DNA of 58,671 nt from a virus (Duplodnaviria; Caudoviricetes): positions 1 through 58,671 of IMG/VR virus record IMGVR_UViG_3300032323_001828; one strand, given 5' to 3'. Below are positions 29,977-39,770 of this stretch, in pieces. How positions within the stretch are numbered: the first letter of the stretch is position 1; every line of letters starts with the position of its first letter. A program made the position numbers and the translations under genes. The notes beneath the pieces were generated by a model that was not told the DNA's origin, did no database searches, and worked only from the letters and a program-made list of their open reading frames with translations.

Positions 29977-30343
29977 GCTTTTTTTTATAATCTGCTACCG
30001 CAGCCTTGATCGCATCTTCAGCAAGTATGGAGCAATGTATCTTAACCGGCGGGAGAGCAAGTTCCTCCGCAATCTCAGAGTTCTTAATCGCGCTTGCTTG
30101 CTCCAGCGTTTTACCCTTGACCCACTCGGTAACGAGAGACGAACTCGCAATAGCCGATCCGCAACCGTAAGTTTTAAATTTTGCATCTGTTATAATTCCA
30201 TCCTCTACCTTGATTTGCAGTCGCATTACATCACCGCAGGCAGGCGCACCAACTACACCAGTTCCAATTTGTGCGGTATCCTCTAGTTTGCCCACGTTCC
30301 TGGGATTTTCATAGTGATCAATTACTTTTTCTGAATAGGCCAT
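29960..30343 (-). CDS. iscU: Fe-S scaffold protein IscU
   Basis: YSEKVIDHYENPRNVG, APACGD, YGCGSAIASS, LPPVKIHCS. Confidence 0.97.
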   Translation of the reverse strand: MAYSEKVIDHYENPRNVGKLEDTAQIGTGVVGAPACGDVMRLQIKVEDGIITDAKFKTYGCGSAIASSSLVTEWVKGKTLEQASAIKNSEIAEELALPPVKIHCSILAEDAIKAAVADYKKKHDISN

Positions 30344-30398
30344 TTTGTACTCCTTTGTACACTATAACATGTTACCTGATTATTTACAACAGTTTTGA

Positions 30399-30734
30399 TT
30401 ATTGGCGGCGCTTCATTGCCGCTTTGGCATTTGAATCTACCACTGCACGGGCTTGATCTACACTCATACCTGTGGCAACTTCAGTGTCACCTTTGAATCG
30501 AACTACTCCAGAATTTGGTTCAAGTGGTTCTAGGATGTTGCTGAGTGGTGGGCGAGCAATCATGTCGCCTAGATTATCTGGTGTAACATTTACTCCAAGA
30601 CTTTTGGCCAAATCAATAAATGCCGTGGTACTAATTTGTTTTTTGGCCATTTCGTCTTTGCTACGACCCAGCAAGAACTGGCTCAGCGCAACAAGTTTTT
30701 GTGCGCCGGGATCAGCCACTTCACAAATTAACAT
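30399..30734 (-). CDS. putative internal head protein
   Basis: MLICE N-terminus; located in the head-protein cluster. Confidence 0.55.
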   Translation of the reverse strand: MLICEVADPGAQKLVALSQFLLGRSKDEMAKKQISTTAFIDLAKSLGVNVTPDNLGDMIARPPLSNILEPLEPNSGVVRFKGDTEVATGMSVDQARAVVDSNAKAAMKRRQ

Positions 30735-31606
30735 TATCTACGACCGCGACCTAGACTGGCAGCCAGTGTGCCTGAATCACTTCCATCATCGACTTCAATA
30801 TCAGTTTCGATTTCTTCTTCGCCTGGTGCAGGAAGTTCCGCAGGCAATTCGCCTGCAAGACCTGCGGCCATGTCAGCGCCTGGCACTACCGGAGCTTGTC
30901 CTGTGACCACGCCCAGGGCCTGCTCCAATTGTGTCTTGGTACCTTGTAGATTTTGCAACAAACCTGCCAAAGCAGCTGTGGCATCGGTATTGAACTGCAT
31001 GGCCTGATCAACGCCCACTTCGTTCTTGATCTGATCAACCAGGGCTGGCAGGTCTTTGAACTGCATGGCACTGATTTGCTCGCTCATTTTTTGCACTTGA
31101 TCAACCATGTCCTGGCTAGCCAAAACTACTTGTGCCTGTTGTACTTCACTTTCTTTCAAGCGCTGACGTAGACTTGGACGACTTTCCATTGCGCTCATTA
31201 CAGGATTGTTCATTTGCTGTTGCAAGTCCTGAATTTCTTTTTGCTTGGATTTGATAGTATCTTGCAGTTGGCGTTTTTTCTGCTGGGCCTGCGCTGTCAT
31301 TAGAGCTTTTTGCTTTTGTGCATCTGCTGGGCTTGCACCGGTCATTGTGGTAGGGTCTTGTTCCATAACTCTAGCTGATAGAGCCTGCTCCATCACAATC
31401 AATTTTAAATAGTCTGGATTCTGTTCGCTACGATGAAAATCAGGAGTGCGGCGATGTTCGGCAACCAGTGCCCTCACACGTTGCAACATGCCCTGTGCCT
31501 GTGCTCTTGTAATTGTGTTGAATTTTACACGATTACCAAAATAGCTTTCAAAAACCTTAGCGGCTTGTTTTGATGGGTTGGCTACGGCCAGTTCTTGCAG
31601 TTTCAT
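30734..31606 (-). CDS. putative prohead core / scaffold-like protein
   Basis: MKLQE N-terminus, coiled coil, acidic tail ending LGRGRR. Confidence 0.55.
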   Translation of the reverse strand: MKLQELAVANPSKQAAKVFESYFGNRVKFNTITRAQAQGMLQRVRALVAEHRRTPDFHRSEQNPDYLKLIVMEQALSARVMEQDPTTMTGASPADAQKQKALMTAQAQQKKRQLQDTIKSKQKEIQDLQQQMNNPVMSAMESRPSLRQRLKESEVQQAQVVLASQDMVDQVQKMSEQISAMQFKDLPALVDQIKNEVGVDQAMQFNTDATAALAGLLQNLQGTKTQLEQALGVVTGQAPVVPGADMAAGLAGELPAELPAPGEEEIETDIEVDDGSDSGTLAASLGRGRR

Positions 31607-32054
31607 TATCAAATCCTCGTTGTTGACAATATTTAGCCCAGTTCACACATTTGGTCAGTTGATTTTCCAACTGTTTTTTGTGTATAATCTTGCTTTCTAA
31701 TTTGGTCAGGATAGTTTCGCGCAGTATTGGATTTTGACTGCGATCCCCCACCGCGGCTCGGGTGTTTATGTCGTGGGTCGTGCTGGTCAACTTGTTGTCA
31801 AGAGTCAGTATTTCTCTGGCGGTGTTATATGCACTGTGTTTGTCAGCTATGCACCAGCTGAGTGCAGTTCTAGTAGTGGCAAATACACCCACATCTGTGG
31901 CGCCACACGATACACGAAATCCACCCGACACCGGCTCTATGCGATAGTGCCCAAATACCTCGTAAATTCCATTGTCATTTTCCCAAATCATATTGGGCAT
32001 AAGCTCGCGAAATTCCAAGCGGAACAGACGTTCCATGTCTTTTTCTCGAATCAT
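31557..32054 (-). CDS. hypothetical protein
   Basis: 165 aa ORF, coupled to neighbours. Confidence 0.7.
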   Translation of the reverse strand: MIREKDMERLFRLEFRELMPNMIWENDNGIYEVFGHYRIEPVSGGFRVSCGATDVGVFATTRTALSWCIADKHSAYNTAREILTLDNKLTSTTHDINTRAAVGDRSQNPILRETILTKLESKIIHKKQLENQLTKCVNWAKYCQQRGFDNETARTGRSQPIKTSR

Positions 32055-32314
32055 TTAAAAACGTAAGTGGTCAATAGATACACAGTGCTGGCTACCAGGG
32101 CGCCAATGATGGCCATTCCCCAACTGATCAGTTGATCTGTGCGTTTTTCAGACATTTTTTGGACCATGTCATGCACTTCACGCACTATGATTTCTAGGCT
32201 GCCAATCTTGGCATCCACATGCTTAAATTGCTGTTCTAATTGATTGTATCGTTCAGCGCACAACTCTACGTGTGCTTCCAAACTTTTTTTCTCAATTTCA
32301 GTAGGCTCTGACAT
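32051..32314 (-). CDS. coiled-coil + C-terminal TM protein
   Basis: IEKKSLEAHVELCAERY; C-terminal TM helix. Confidence 0.75.
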   Translation of the reverse strand: MSEPTEIEKKSLEAHVELCAERYNQLEQQFKHVDAKIGSLEIIVREVHDMVQKMSEKRTDQLISWGMAIIGALVASTVYLLTTYVFK

Positions 32315-32326
32315 GTGTTTTCTCCA

Positions 32327-32755
32327 TTATGTATTTATGGGCATGCCAGCAAACCAAATATTCTGATCAGCTCCTGCTGTAACCAAAACGGACACAGTGT
32401 CAGCAGTGCTTCCAATTTGCCCCAACATAGGAACTCCTGCTGCGTCTGCACGTAAGACTGCCACTGGATCAGACTCGGGTCCATATATTCCGTCGGTTTC
32501 TGTTTCAAATTCAAACATCCATCTGGTGCCAGTTTGATCAGACACAGGTTCGGTCAAATTAAACAACTGAGCACGTAAACCTAGTATTTGTGTTAGAGTT
32601 TCCCAGTTGCGTTGCCGATTTCGGCTGCGATGCCATGACTCAGAATCACTGATTAGGCACCCCGAACGATCATAAAAAGGCATGTGGCTGGATTTGCAGT
32701 GTCCAGTGGTGCCGGTTGCTGTAATATCAAACAGAGTCTGGCAGGCATATTTCAT
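32327..32755 (-). CDS. hypothetical protein
   Basis: TLFDITATG...RNRQRNWETLTQILGLRAQ. Confidence 0.75.
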   Translation of the reverse strand: MKYACQTLFDITATGTTGHCKSSHMPFYDRSGCLISDSESWHRSRNRQRNWETLTQILGLRAQLFNLTEPVSDQTGTRWMFEFETETDGIYGPESDPVAVLRADAAGVPMLGQIGSTADTVSVLVTAGADQNIWFAGMPINT

Positions 32756-33006
32756 TTGGTTCTCCGGCCGAGCTCATACAGTATCTCTACCTGTTCACAC
32801 AAGTGGTCTAATTCGGCGTTGTTGTCTCTAGCTTGGAATATGTCTACCCAGCGTTTCTGACTTTCTAATTCTTTGAGTTCTTGTTGCAGATTGGGATCTT
32901 GATAATGCAGTTCTCTTTTGTTGGAGCCAGGACGACGAGCATATACTGTACGGCCACCGTCGGGACTTTCAAAAATGGTTACTTCTGTAATTTTACTAAC
33001 TTGCAT
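32752..33006 (-). CDS. hypothetical protein
   Basis: IFESPDGGRTVYAR motif. Confidence 0.75.
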   Translation of the reverse strand: MQVSKITEVTIFESPDGGRTVYARRPGSNKRELHYQDPNLQQELKELESQKRWVDIFQARDNNAELDHLCEQVEILYELGRRTK

Positions 33007-33051
33007 GATTGTATTTAACTATTGTAGCAGGCTATCAAATAAAGTCAACAA

Positions 33052-33073
33052 AAAAGCCCCGGGTGGGGCTTTT
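33052..33073 (-). terminator. intrinsic terminator
   Basis: aaaagcccc-accc-ggggctttttt after 33095..33508. Confidence 0.75.
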
Positions 33074-33094
33074 GTGCAATCAAATAAGATTTGA

Positions 33095-33508
33095 TTAGGT
33101 TGCTACGGATGCCAAGTTTGTAAACGTTGCAGTACCGGTAACGTTGGCTGTTGGAACACCAATAGCGGCATTGGCTGTTTGAACAGCAGCAACGAATGTG
33201 GCTGTGTTAGCAAATGCGCCTGTTGGGTAAATTGCAAAGTTCATAACAGCTGGGTTGGAACCAACTTGGAAAATTGCTACTGTGCATTCTTGTTGAACAG
33301 CTTGGATTACGTTAGCAACGTAACCGTTAACGCCGCCTTGTGTAGCAACACTAGCGTTGGCTGTAACGCTGAAAAAGTCTAACTTGGGACCTGCAAAATT
33401 TGTAGGACCTTGAGCAGCAATGTTTGCTGTTTGTGCAATTGGCCCGTTGAGGACGTCTGTTGCAAATACTGGTTGTGAACCACCAGAAACTTTAGTAATA
33501 AATGCCAT
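33095..33508 (-). CDS. abundant virion structural protein (putative)
   Basis: A/T/V rich; TATAAATA at 33549-33556, AGGAG RBS, own terminator. Confidence 0.7.
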   Translation of the reverse strand: MAFITKVSGGSQPVFATDVLNGPIAQTANIAAQGPTNFAGPKLDFFSVTANASVATQGGVNGYVANVIQAVQQECTVAIFQVGSNPAVMNFAIYPTGAFANTATFVAAVQTANAAIGVPTANVTGTATFTNLASVAT

Positions 33509-33577
33509 GATAAATCTCCTTAATATATGACCGCAATGGGTCTACTTTTATTTATACCGTTTGGACAAAATTAACGG

Positions 33578-35443
33578 TTAGGAGATCAATTCTGGGTTGT
33601 TTAGAGCACGATTTCCGGCACTGAATCCAAATCTGTTGACCAGTTTGGCGCGACCTGCGTCGGTGGCCAGGACCCAGCCTTCTTGTCCGGGCTGTTGCCG
33701 ATCCAACTGAGCCAGCAAATCTGATTTCAAGTCGTGCATGCCCAAAAACGCTGTAAAGGCTGCAACAATTCCGTCGGTGTTGGATCTAGGACTTTGTAGG
33801 TATTCCACTATGTTGGCAAATTTTCTTGGTGTTACATTGGTGCGTAGCCAGGTACCAAAGCCGGGCAAAAGATCAGTGTAGTCAGTGGTTATTCTAGAAT
33901 TTATGTAGCGTTTACAAAGCTGTGGCAGGTCTGTAATACCTGCAGCACGCAGGTCGGCTGGATTGAACAGACCGTCAATTGCCGCACCTTTGGCACGCAC
34001 CAACTGTGCCAGTTCCTTGCTGAGTTTGGCATTGGGCACAATATTTTTGATGTCATTTACACTGGGTTCTACCAACAACAGACCCGGTACAGGTTCTAAT
34101 CTCACAGACTTGATGGCTTCTGCTGGTGCACCTGGTTCTGCATAACGAGTGTGTACTGCTACTCCTACTTCGCTGGAGCCAATACGCTGACCCAACTTGC
34201 TGGCCGCTGGAATCTTATATTCTACAAAGTTTGGCTGGAACACATAGGCACCACTCACTTCGGGCGGCGTTTCAGTGTACAACAGGTCTCCTAGGATATA
34301 CCCGCGAAAGTTTTCTGGTGTGGCCGCTCTCAACATGGGAAACAACTTGCTGTAGATTCCGATCAGTTCGCCGCGCTCGCCGCCACGTTGACGCATGATT
34401 CGAGCAATCTGTTCTGGAGACGTGGCCAAGCCGTCATAGCCTTTTGCAGTGAATCCAGACTTGTCAGTGAGTACAAACTCTCCTGTGGGCTTGCGACCAA
34501 ATATAATAGCGGGCTTTCCGTCCCATTTGACTGTGACTGTTCGTGCAGTGTTTTCGGCGGCCTGGGCAATTATGGCCAGAGCTTCTCGAATTCCTTGGCT
34601 GCCACGTTCAAACACTAGATCTTCAAGATGTTCAATTCTAGGATTGGCCGCTTCCATGATAGGTACCATGCCTTGGTTTACAATGCGGTCTCTTAGCCGA
34701 GCAAGAAAATTAACATCGGTAACTGGGGTGTACAATTGGGCACTTTCCAGGAACGGCAGGCCTTCGCGTTCCATGTGCTGTTTAAAGTCTGCCAGTTTGG
34801 CTTCACGTTTGGGATCTGTGCTCAAGGCCTGTAGTATCGTTTCTACACTGGCAAGATCTTGACGTGTAGCTGTTCGGTTTAATAATAGTTTAGCCACAGC
34901 ATCTGGATTGTCAGTGATGATTTCATTAGTGGTACGATCAGCAATGCCACTAACTTGGTTTAATTTATATCCCATGCTTTTGGCAATTGAATTCATCAAC
35001 ACATTACGCTCACGACCTTTGTACTTTGAATCTAAAGGCATGGCACCAAGCACAAACTTTGACCAAGGCACATTGTTGAGAAACATAAAGTCGGTCTGCA
35101 CGTAGCCAAGGTCTGGTCGACCATTGATGGGTGTTTTGAAATGCACAGCAGTGCCTGACTTGCGCACCCAATCAGCTGGCTTGAAGCCTTGGCTCTCGGC
35201 CCAACGACCAAGTTGTGCTGTCATTTGTTCTTTGCTTACTACGGCACTGTCTACTGCAATGTCCAGATCGCCCGACGTGTCTCGAATACCGGTTGATCCA
35301 AGTGTGTTGTTTTGTAAGTCTAATCCGGGTACTAGTTCTTCCAACCAGGCCAGAGTGCTTTTTACATCTGTTTGATTGATGCGTTGGGTTTCGGCCCGAC
35401 CATTGGCATCTTTGAATACGTTGCCGCCTTCGTTGAGTTGCAT
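33578..35443 (-). CDS. fusion of a Pol-beta-type nucleotidyltransferase and a ligase-like (KxDG) domain
   Basis: LGSTG...SGDLDIAVD...VQTDF; then IEHLED...TVKWDG...GDLL...EGWV...KLV. Confidence 0.6.
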   Translation of the reverse strand: MQLNEGGNVFKDANGRAETQRINQTDVKSTLAWLEELVPGLDLQNNTLGSTGIRDTSGDLDIAVDSAVVSKEQMTAQLGRWAESQGFKPADWVRKSGTAVHFKTPINGRPDLGYVQTDFMFLNNVPWSKFVLGAMPLDSKYKGRERNVLMNSIAKSMGYKLNQVSGIADRTTNEIITDNPDAVAKLLLNRTATRQDLASVETILQALSTDPKREAKLADFKQHMEREGLPFLESAQLYTPVTDVNFLARLRDRIVNQGMVPIMEAANPRIEHLEDLVFERGSQGIREALAIIAQAAENTARTVTVKWDGKPAIIFGRKPTGEFVLTDKSGFTAKGYDGLATSPEQIARIMRQRGGERGELIGIYSKLFPMLRAATPENFRGYILGDLLYTETPPEVSGAYVFQPNFVEYKIPAASKLGQRIGSSEVGVAVHTRYAEPGAPAEAIKSVRLEPVPGLLLVEPSVNDIKNIVPNAKLSKELAQLVRAKGAAIDGLFNPADLRAAGITDLPQLCKRYINSRITTDYTDLLPGFGTWLRTNVTPRKFANIVEYLQSPRSNTDGIVAAFTAFLGMHDLKSDLLAQLDRQQPGQEGWVLATDAGRAKLVNRFGFSAGNRALNNPELIS

Positions 35444-36090
35444 TATCCGCCCTGTGCCAGAGCCAGTTGTTGGTCAAGGAAGTCCTGAGTGGGCCCATCA
35501 AGCACACGTCCAGTCTTTTGATTGGCCCATTCGCCTTGATCATTCTGCGCATAAACAACATTTCTAAATTCGATCACAGCCGGCTGGGTGCTGATGATTT
35601 TTACACCGTCGGCATCAATGCGTTGTTGACTGGCAGCGGCCTGTTGAACCAGTTTGGGGAACAGTTGTGTGACCTGTTGCGGATTGTCCGATGCTGTAAT
35701 TATTTGATCCATAATGGCGCGAATTTCTTGCTGGTTGATCGCAGAATTGAGTCGTTGTCCCGACAGTAGATTTTTTTGCACAAATGCTTCAAGTGCTTGT
35801 TTATATAGAGTGGAATATCTTTGTGGGTCGGGTGTCGCGGCTTTAAGTGTTTCAGCATAGGCATTCCATGCTCGAGCAGCCTTGGCAGATATCTGTCCTA
35901 TGCCAGAAGTGCCGGCGGCGGTTTGATATGCGCCCTTGACCGCTCGAAAAGGACTGGCCACAGCCGAGCCAGCACGTCCTAATGCGGCCACACCACTGCC
36001 AACTGCGCCAGCTGCTTTTTTGGCCAGATCCAGAAGACCTTCGTCCACTTGGCTATTTTTCTTTCGTTGAGTTATTTCATGAATTTGCAT
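35443..36090 (-). CDS. putative internal head protein
   Basis: MQIHEI...VDEGLLD, Ala/Gly-rich. Confidence 0.55.
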   Translation of the reverse strand: MQIHEITQRKKNSQVDEGLLDLAKKAAGAVGSGVAALGRAGSAVASPFRAVKGAYQTAAGTSGIGQISAKAARAWNAYAETLKAATPDPQRYSTLYKQALEAFVQKNLLSGQRLNSAINQQEIRAIMDQIITASDNPQQVTQLFPKLVQQAAASQQRIDADGVKIISTQPAVIEFRNVVYAQNDQGEWANQKTGRVLDGPTQDFLDQQLALAQGG

Positions 36091-36325
36091 CGGTGCGTCT
36101 CACTGTTCGGGTAAATTTGCCTGGATCACGCTGATTGATAGCGTTCAGCAATTTGCGCTGTAGGTTCTGTGCATCTTCAGTGCTGTAACTTGAGTCAATC
36201 TGCTCCAACAGGCGAATGGCACTGGCAATAATGTTGGTAGCCCGGGTCTCAATCACATGGCGTTGATCGCGCTCGATGTACATTGAGTCTAGTTCTTCTA
36301 GTAAACTTCTAGTCTTTTTTTGCAT
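36077..36325 (-). CDS. hypothetical protein
   Basis: TRSLLEELD...RKLLNAINQRDPGKF; TAAATA upstream. Confidence 0.75.
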   Translation of the reverse strand: MQKKTRSLLEELDSMYIERDQRHVIETRATNIIASAIRLLEQIDSSYSTEDAQNLQRKLLNAINQRDPGKFTRTVRRTDANS

Positions 36326-36386
36326 AATAGTCCAGGACCTTTTTATTATTTATTCTATTATAGCATACATTGTCCTTAAATACAAG

Positions 36387-37421
36387 ATGGATACATTTTG
36401 CGTTTTGCCCTGGTATAGTTTAGAATTACCGAGTAATTCGCCATGTTGCTTGTTACCAAAAAACACCAATGTTGAGCAATTAAAACAGGACCTGCTGGCT
36501 GGAATCAAGTCCGACAGTTGTAAAAAATGTTGGTTCATTGAGGAAACTGGCAATATGAGTCGCCGGCAACTGGAAAATCAATTTTTAGACCACAAACTAA
36601 ATTGTGATTTAAGTAAAATACAGAAAGATTGCGTAGATAATAAAAACAAGACGTTGTTGTATCAGTTGACTACTAGCAATCTTTGTAATCAGGCCTGTGT
36701 ATCGTGCGGTAGTGGTGCCTCTTCAAAATGGGCAGAACTTAATAGAAAAAATAATCTACACTATGTCAAACACAAACAGTTGGACATTGGCTCTTTCGAT
36801 ATTGACTATGCGCAAATGCAACGACTTTCATTGCTAGGAGGGGAACCTTTGTTTGACCCTCAAACCTATGACATTTTACAAAATCTAGTAGATCACAACA
36901 ACACCGGCTGTTTTGTAACTCTGGTAACCAACGGCAGTATCCAGTTAAATTCATTGCAGGTTGATTTATTGAAGAAATTTACAGATTTAAATATTTGTAT
37001 CAGCATCGATGGCATCGAGTCTGCATTTGAATATCTGCGTTGGCCTGGTAATTGGAAAAACTTAATAAACAACTTAAATCATTATCAAGAAATAACTTCA
37101 AATATCAGTATAAGCTATACTATTAGTTCCCTCAATACATTGTACTATGATCAAACCACTGAGTGGTTTAATAAAAATAATTTAAGGTACAATCATAACA
37201 TAGTTGAATTTCCAAACTGGCTTTCAGTTAAAAATATGCCAATTGAGTTTAAAGAATTATTGAAAAATCATAGATTTTTCAAAGATCATTGTGTTGTTAA
37301 TGGACAGGAAAATTCATTGTCAGACTTAAGAAATCATGTTCTTCAGCAAGATAAACTCAAAAAAATTTCAATTCAAGACTACATGCCAGCGGTAGCTAAA
37401 TTGATTTTTGATACTGTATAA
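36387..37421 (+). CDS. radical SAM protein with N-terminal Cys-rich (Twitch/SPASM-like) region
   Basis: CNQACVSC, LGGEP, TNGS, SIDG. Confidence 0.9.
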   Translation: MDTFCVLPWYSLELPSNSPCCLLPKNTNVEQLKQDLLAGIKSDSCKKCWFIEETGNMSRRQLENQFLDHKLNCDLSKIQKDCVDNKNKTLLYQLTTSNLCNQACVSCGSGASSKWAELNRKNNLHYVKHKQLDIGSFDIDYAQMQRLSLLGGEPLFDPQTYDILQNLVDHNNTGCFVTLVTNGSIQLNSLQVDLLKKFTDLNICISIDGIESAFEYLRWPGNWKNLINNLNHYQEITSNISISYTISSLNTLYYDQTTEWFNKNNLRYNHNIVEFPNWLSVKNMPIEFKELLKNHRFFKDHCVVNGQENSLSDLRNHVLQQDKLKKISIQDYMPAVAKLIFDTV

Positions 37422-38511
37422 ACTTTGCCACTGCGGGGAAAACTTCTGACAGATCAAGTGCGCGACGATGATCATTGTTTTGAATAGTCTCGATTATTTG
37501 GGGTAAATTTTCCACTGCTGTACCCAGATTTGAAAAATTTTGTATCCAAGGCTGGCAATAGTTGTTTATACTTTGTAACTCTTGTATCATGTCAGCAGGC
37601 ATAGATTCTAATCCATAAATGCCAAATGCTTGATGGACATAAATTTCTATAGCATCTCCAAATTTTGAATGTGTAAAATTATTGCGGTGCCATTCAAACA
37701 CTGAATTTAAATCAAGTACATTTAAAATACTTGCAGTCACAGTCATTGATAACATACTGTTATGAGGTAAGTTATTCTTCCACCAAAACAGATTTTGTTC
37801 AACATCTGCCCATTTACCAGGATATCTTAGATAATCAAATTGATTACCAATGGCATCCACGCTAAAACTAATTCTGGCAAACTTAAATCTTTCAATCAGT
37901 TGTCGGGTGTCATTATCAATGATTTGGGTTCCATTGGTATTATACATTAATTTAACCAAGGATGTGTCCACTCGAGTCGCTATAAATTCTAATATTTTTT
38001 TGTGTGTCAAGGTAAGAAATGGTTCTCCTCCCCAAAATCTAATTTCTTTAAGTTGAGAAAAATCCAATTGTTCTAAATAATCTTTAATAAATTGATCTAA
38101 ATTAGGACGTACATCTACTCCTTTGATTTTCAGTTCATTTCTCCAGGTTGTACTCAACTCTGGGCCGCAGGTAACGCAAGCTAGATTACAAGTGTAGTCA
38201 ATGTTGATATCAAGATATTGCAAACTTGGAGTGTATGTGACAGTGCCATGTGTTTCCAAATACCCTAGCCGCATGCTTTTTTTAGAAGCTTGTTCCTGAC
38301 TCATACAGTCGTGACAGTGCTTAGATGGCAACACATCAGTTGCGTTGATATCTCTAAGAGATTGTATATCACTGTGATAGAAATCAACTTGTCCACTGCT
38401 GCGAATTGTACTATTTTTTGCCCAGCAACATACACTATAGTCAATGCTATTTTTTGTAATATTAGATAAAGTCAATCCGTGGTATATTCGCGGACAATAA
38501 AAATTACTCAT
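37396..38511 (-). CDS. radical SAM protein with N-terminal Cys-rich region
   Basis: CNLACVTC, WGGEP, NTNGT, SVDA. Confidence 0.9.
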   Translation of the reverse strand: MSNFYCPRIYHGLTLSNITKNSIDYSVCCWAKNSTIRSSGQVDFYHSDIQSLRDINATDVLPSKHCHDCMSQEQASKKSMRLGYLETHGTVTYTPSLQYLDINIDYTCNLACVTCGPELSTTWRNELKIKGVDVRPNLDQFIKDYLEQLDFSQLKEIRFWGGEPFLTLTHKKILEFIATRVDTSLVKLMYNTNGTQIIDNDTRQLIERFKFARISFSVDAIGNQFDYLRYPGKWADVEQNLFWWKNNLPHNSMLSMTVTASILNVLDLNSVFEWHRNNFTHSKFGDAIEIYVHQAFGIYGLESMPADMIQELQSINNYCQPWIQNFSNLGTAVENLPQIIETIQNNDHRRALDLSEVFPAVAKFIQYQKSI

Positions 38512-38523
38512 TGAACATTATTT

Positions 38524-38742
38524 TTAATTGAACCTAACAATTGTTTTAGCTTGGCACTTTGCACATCGGCTGTTATTTTCCATACGCTTATGGAATTGGA
38601 TTTGGTTTTTGCGATGATCTACTGTAGCCGAGTCAAGGTGCACTGATCCCTTGACCAAGCCACAAGGAAATACTCTGATGCCCACTTTTCCTCTGCTGAA
38701 TGAATAACCGTTTGAAAGATATCTACAAAAACTATTGGGCAT
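38524..38742 (-). pseudogene. possible truncated radical SAM N-terminal remnant
   Basis: FC...PC...CAKC pattern like the neighbouring rSAM N-termini, but no CxxxCxxC core. Confidence 0.4.
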
Positions 38743-39770
38743 TATTTTGCTCCTGGATATCTAAAATGATTTATCAACTCTAGCATGATTTGTTGTAGAT
38801 CAATTGGTAATGTAGCAATTTGCTCATCAACATACTGTCCCAGTCTATTGTTCAGCAAAAGTTCACGGTTTTTCAATAGACGTTGTTTATTTTGAAGTCT
38901 GAGTTCACGCAATTGGTCTATGTCGGACAATAAATGCAAATTGTTAGCAAAGGCATAGTAACATCGTTCTATCAAGGTATCATATGATTGATAACTGTGA
39001 TCAATAATGTCGTCAAATGTGTCAAACCCAATGTCAGCCCATTCCTTGGCCTGTTCATACCCACCCACCCATATAGGAAAAGTCAGCCCTAGAACTGCAT
39101 AAATGGTTTTTTCTGTAAAAATGCTGACCTTTTCTGTTCTTGCGCTTTCAGTTATCAGAGAGACTGCCGAATGTGAAAACATTTTGTCTAGTCCATTCTT
39201 CCAGGTCCATGCATTGCCGCCGTAACGACTAAAGGCACTATTCTCCACCATCTGATTCACATGGTCAACCCATCGTTTTGGCACCTGGATCGCTTGCAAG
39301 ATAAAAGATCTGGATGCGCTATCCAATGGTGACTTCGGGCCCAGATCATTCAACTCGTTTATCACATGACTCATGTTAAAAGTTGGATCTACAGCACTCC
39401 AGGTATAATCAAAGTCCGTGAGTTGGAAAAGTTCAACCAGTTTGATGCATAAAAATCTGTTGATTTGTTTTTTATTGATCATGAAATTAAAGGCAAAATC
39501 GGTGTTTATCTTTTCATTCCAACACAGATCTTTTGTAATGAATTTCACTTGTTGCTCAAGCCACAATGGCAGTCCAATGATTTCAACTCCGTTGTATTCT
39601 GTTTTGATATAATGGTCACTTATAATACATCTTGGAGTGCCTTTTTCTAAAAGACGATCTAAAAAATTCTGATCAAATTGGTCATTGATATGTAAAACGT
39701 GTTGTTGAGAGAAAGAAGGAACATCTTCAAAAGTTGATCTAGCTTTTGGGTGGACGAGTAACTGATACAT
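38742..39770 (-). CDS. hypothetical protein (glycosyltransferase-like C-terminal motif)
   Basis: SLITES...FTEKT...PIWVG...GFDTFDDIIDHSY. Confidence 0.6.
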   Translation of the reverse strand: MYQLLVHPKARSTFEDVPSFSQQHVLHINDQFDQNFLDRLLEKGTPRCIISDHYIKTEYNGVEIIGLPLWLEQQVKFITKDLCWNEKINTDFAFNFMINKKQINRFLCIKLVELFQLTDFDYTWSAVDPTFNMSHVINELNDLGPKSPLDSASRSFILQAIQVPKRWVDHVNQMVENSAFSRYGGNAWTWKNGLDKMFSHSAVSLITESARTEKVSIFTEKTIYAVLGLTFPIWVGGYEQAKEWADIGFDTFDDIIDHSYQSYDTLIERCYYAFANNLHLLSDIDQLRELRLQNKQRLLKNRELLLNNRLGQYVDEQIATLPIDLQQIMLELINHFRYPGAK

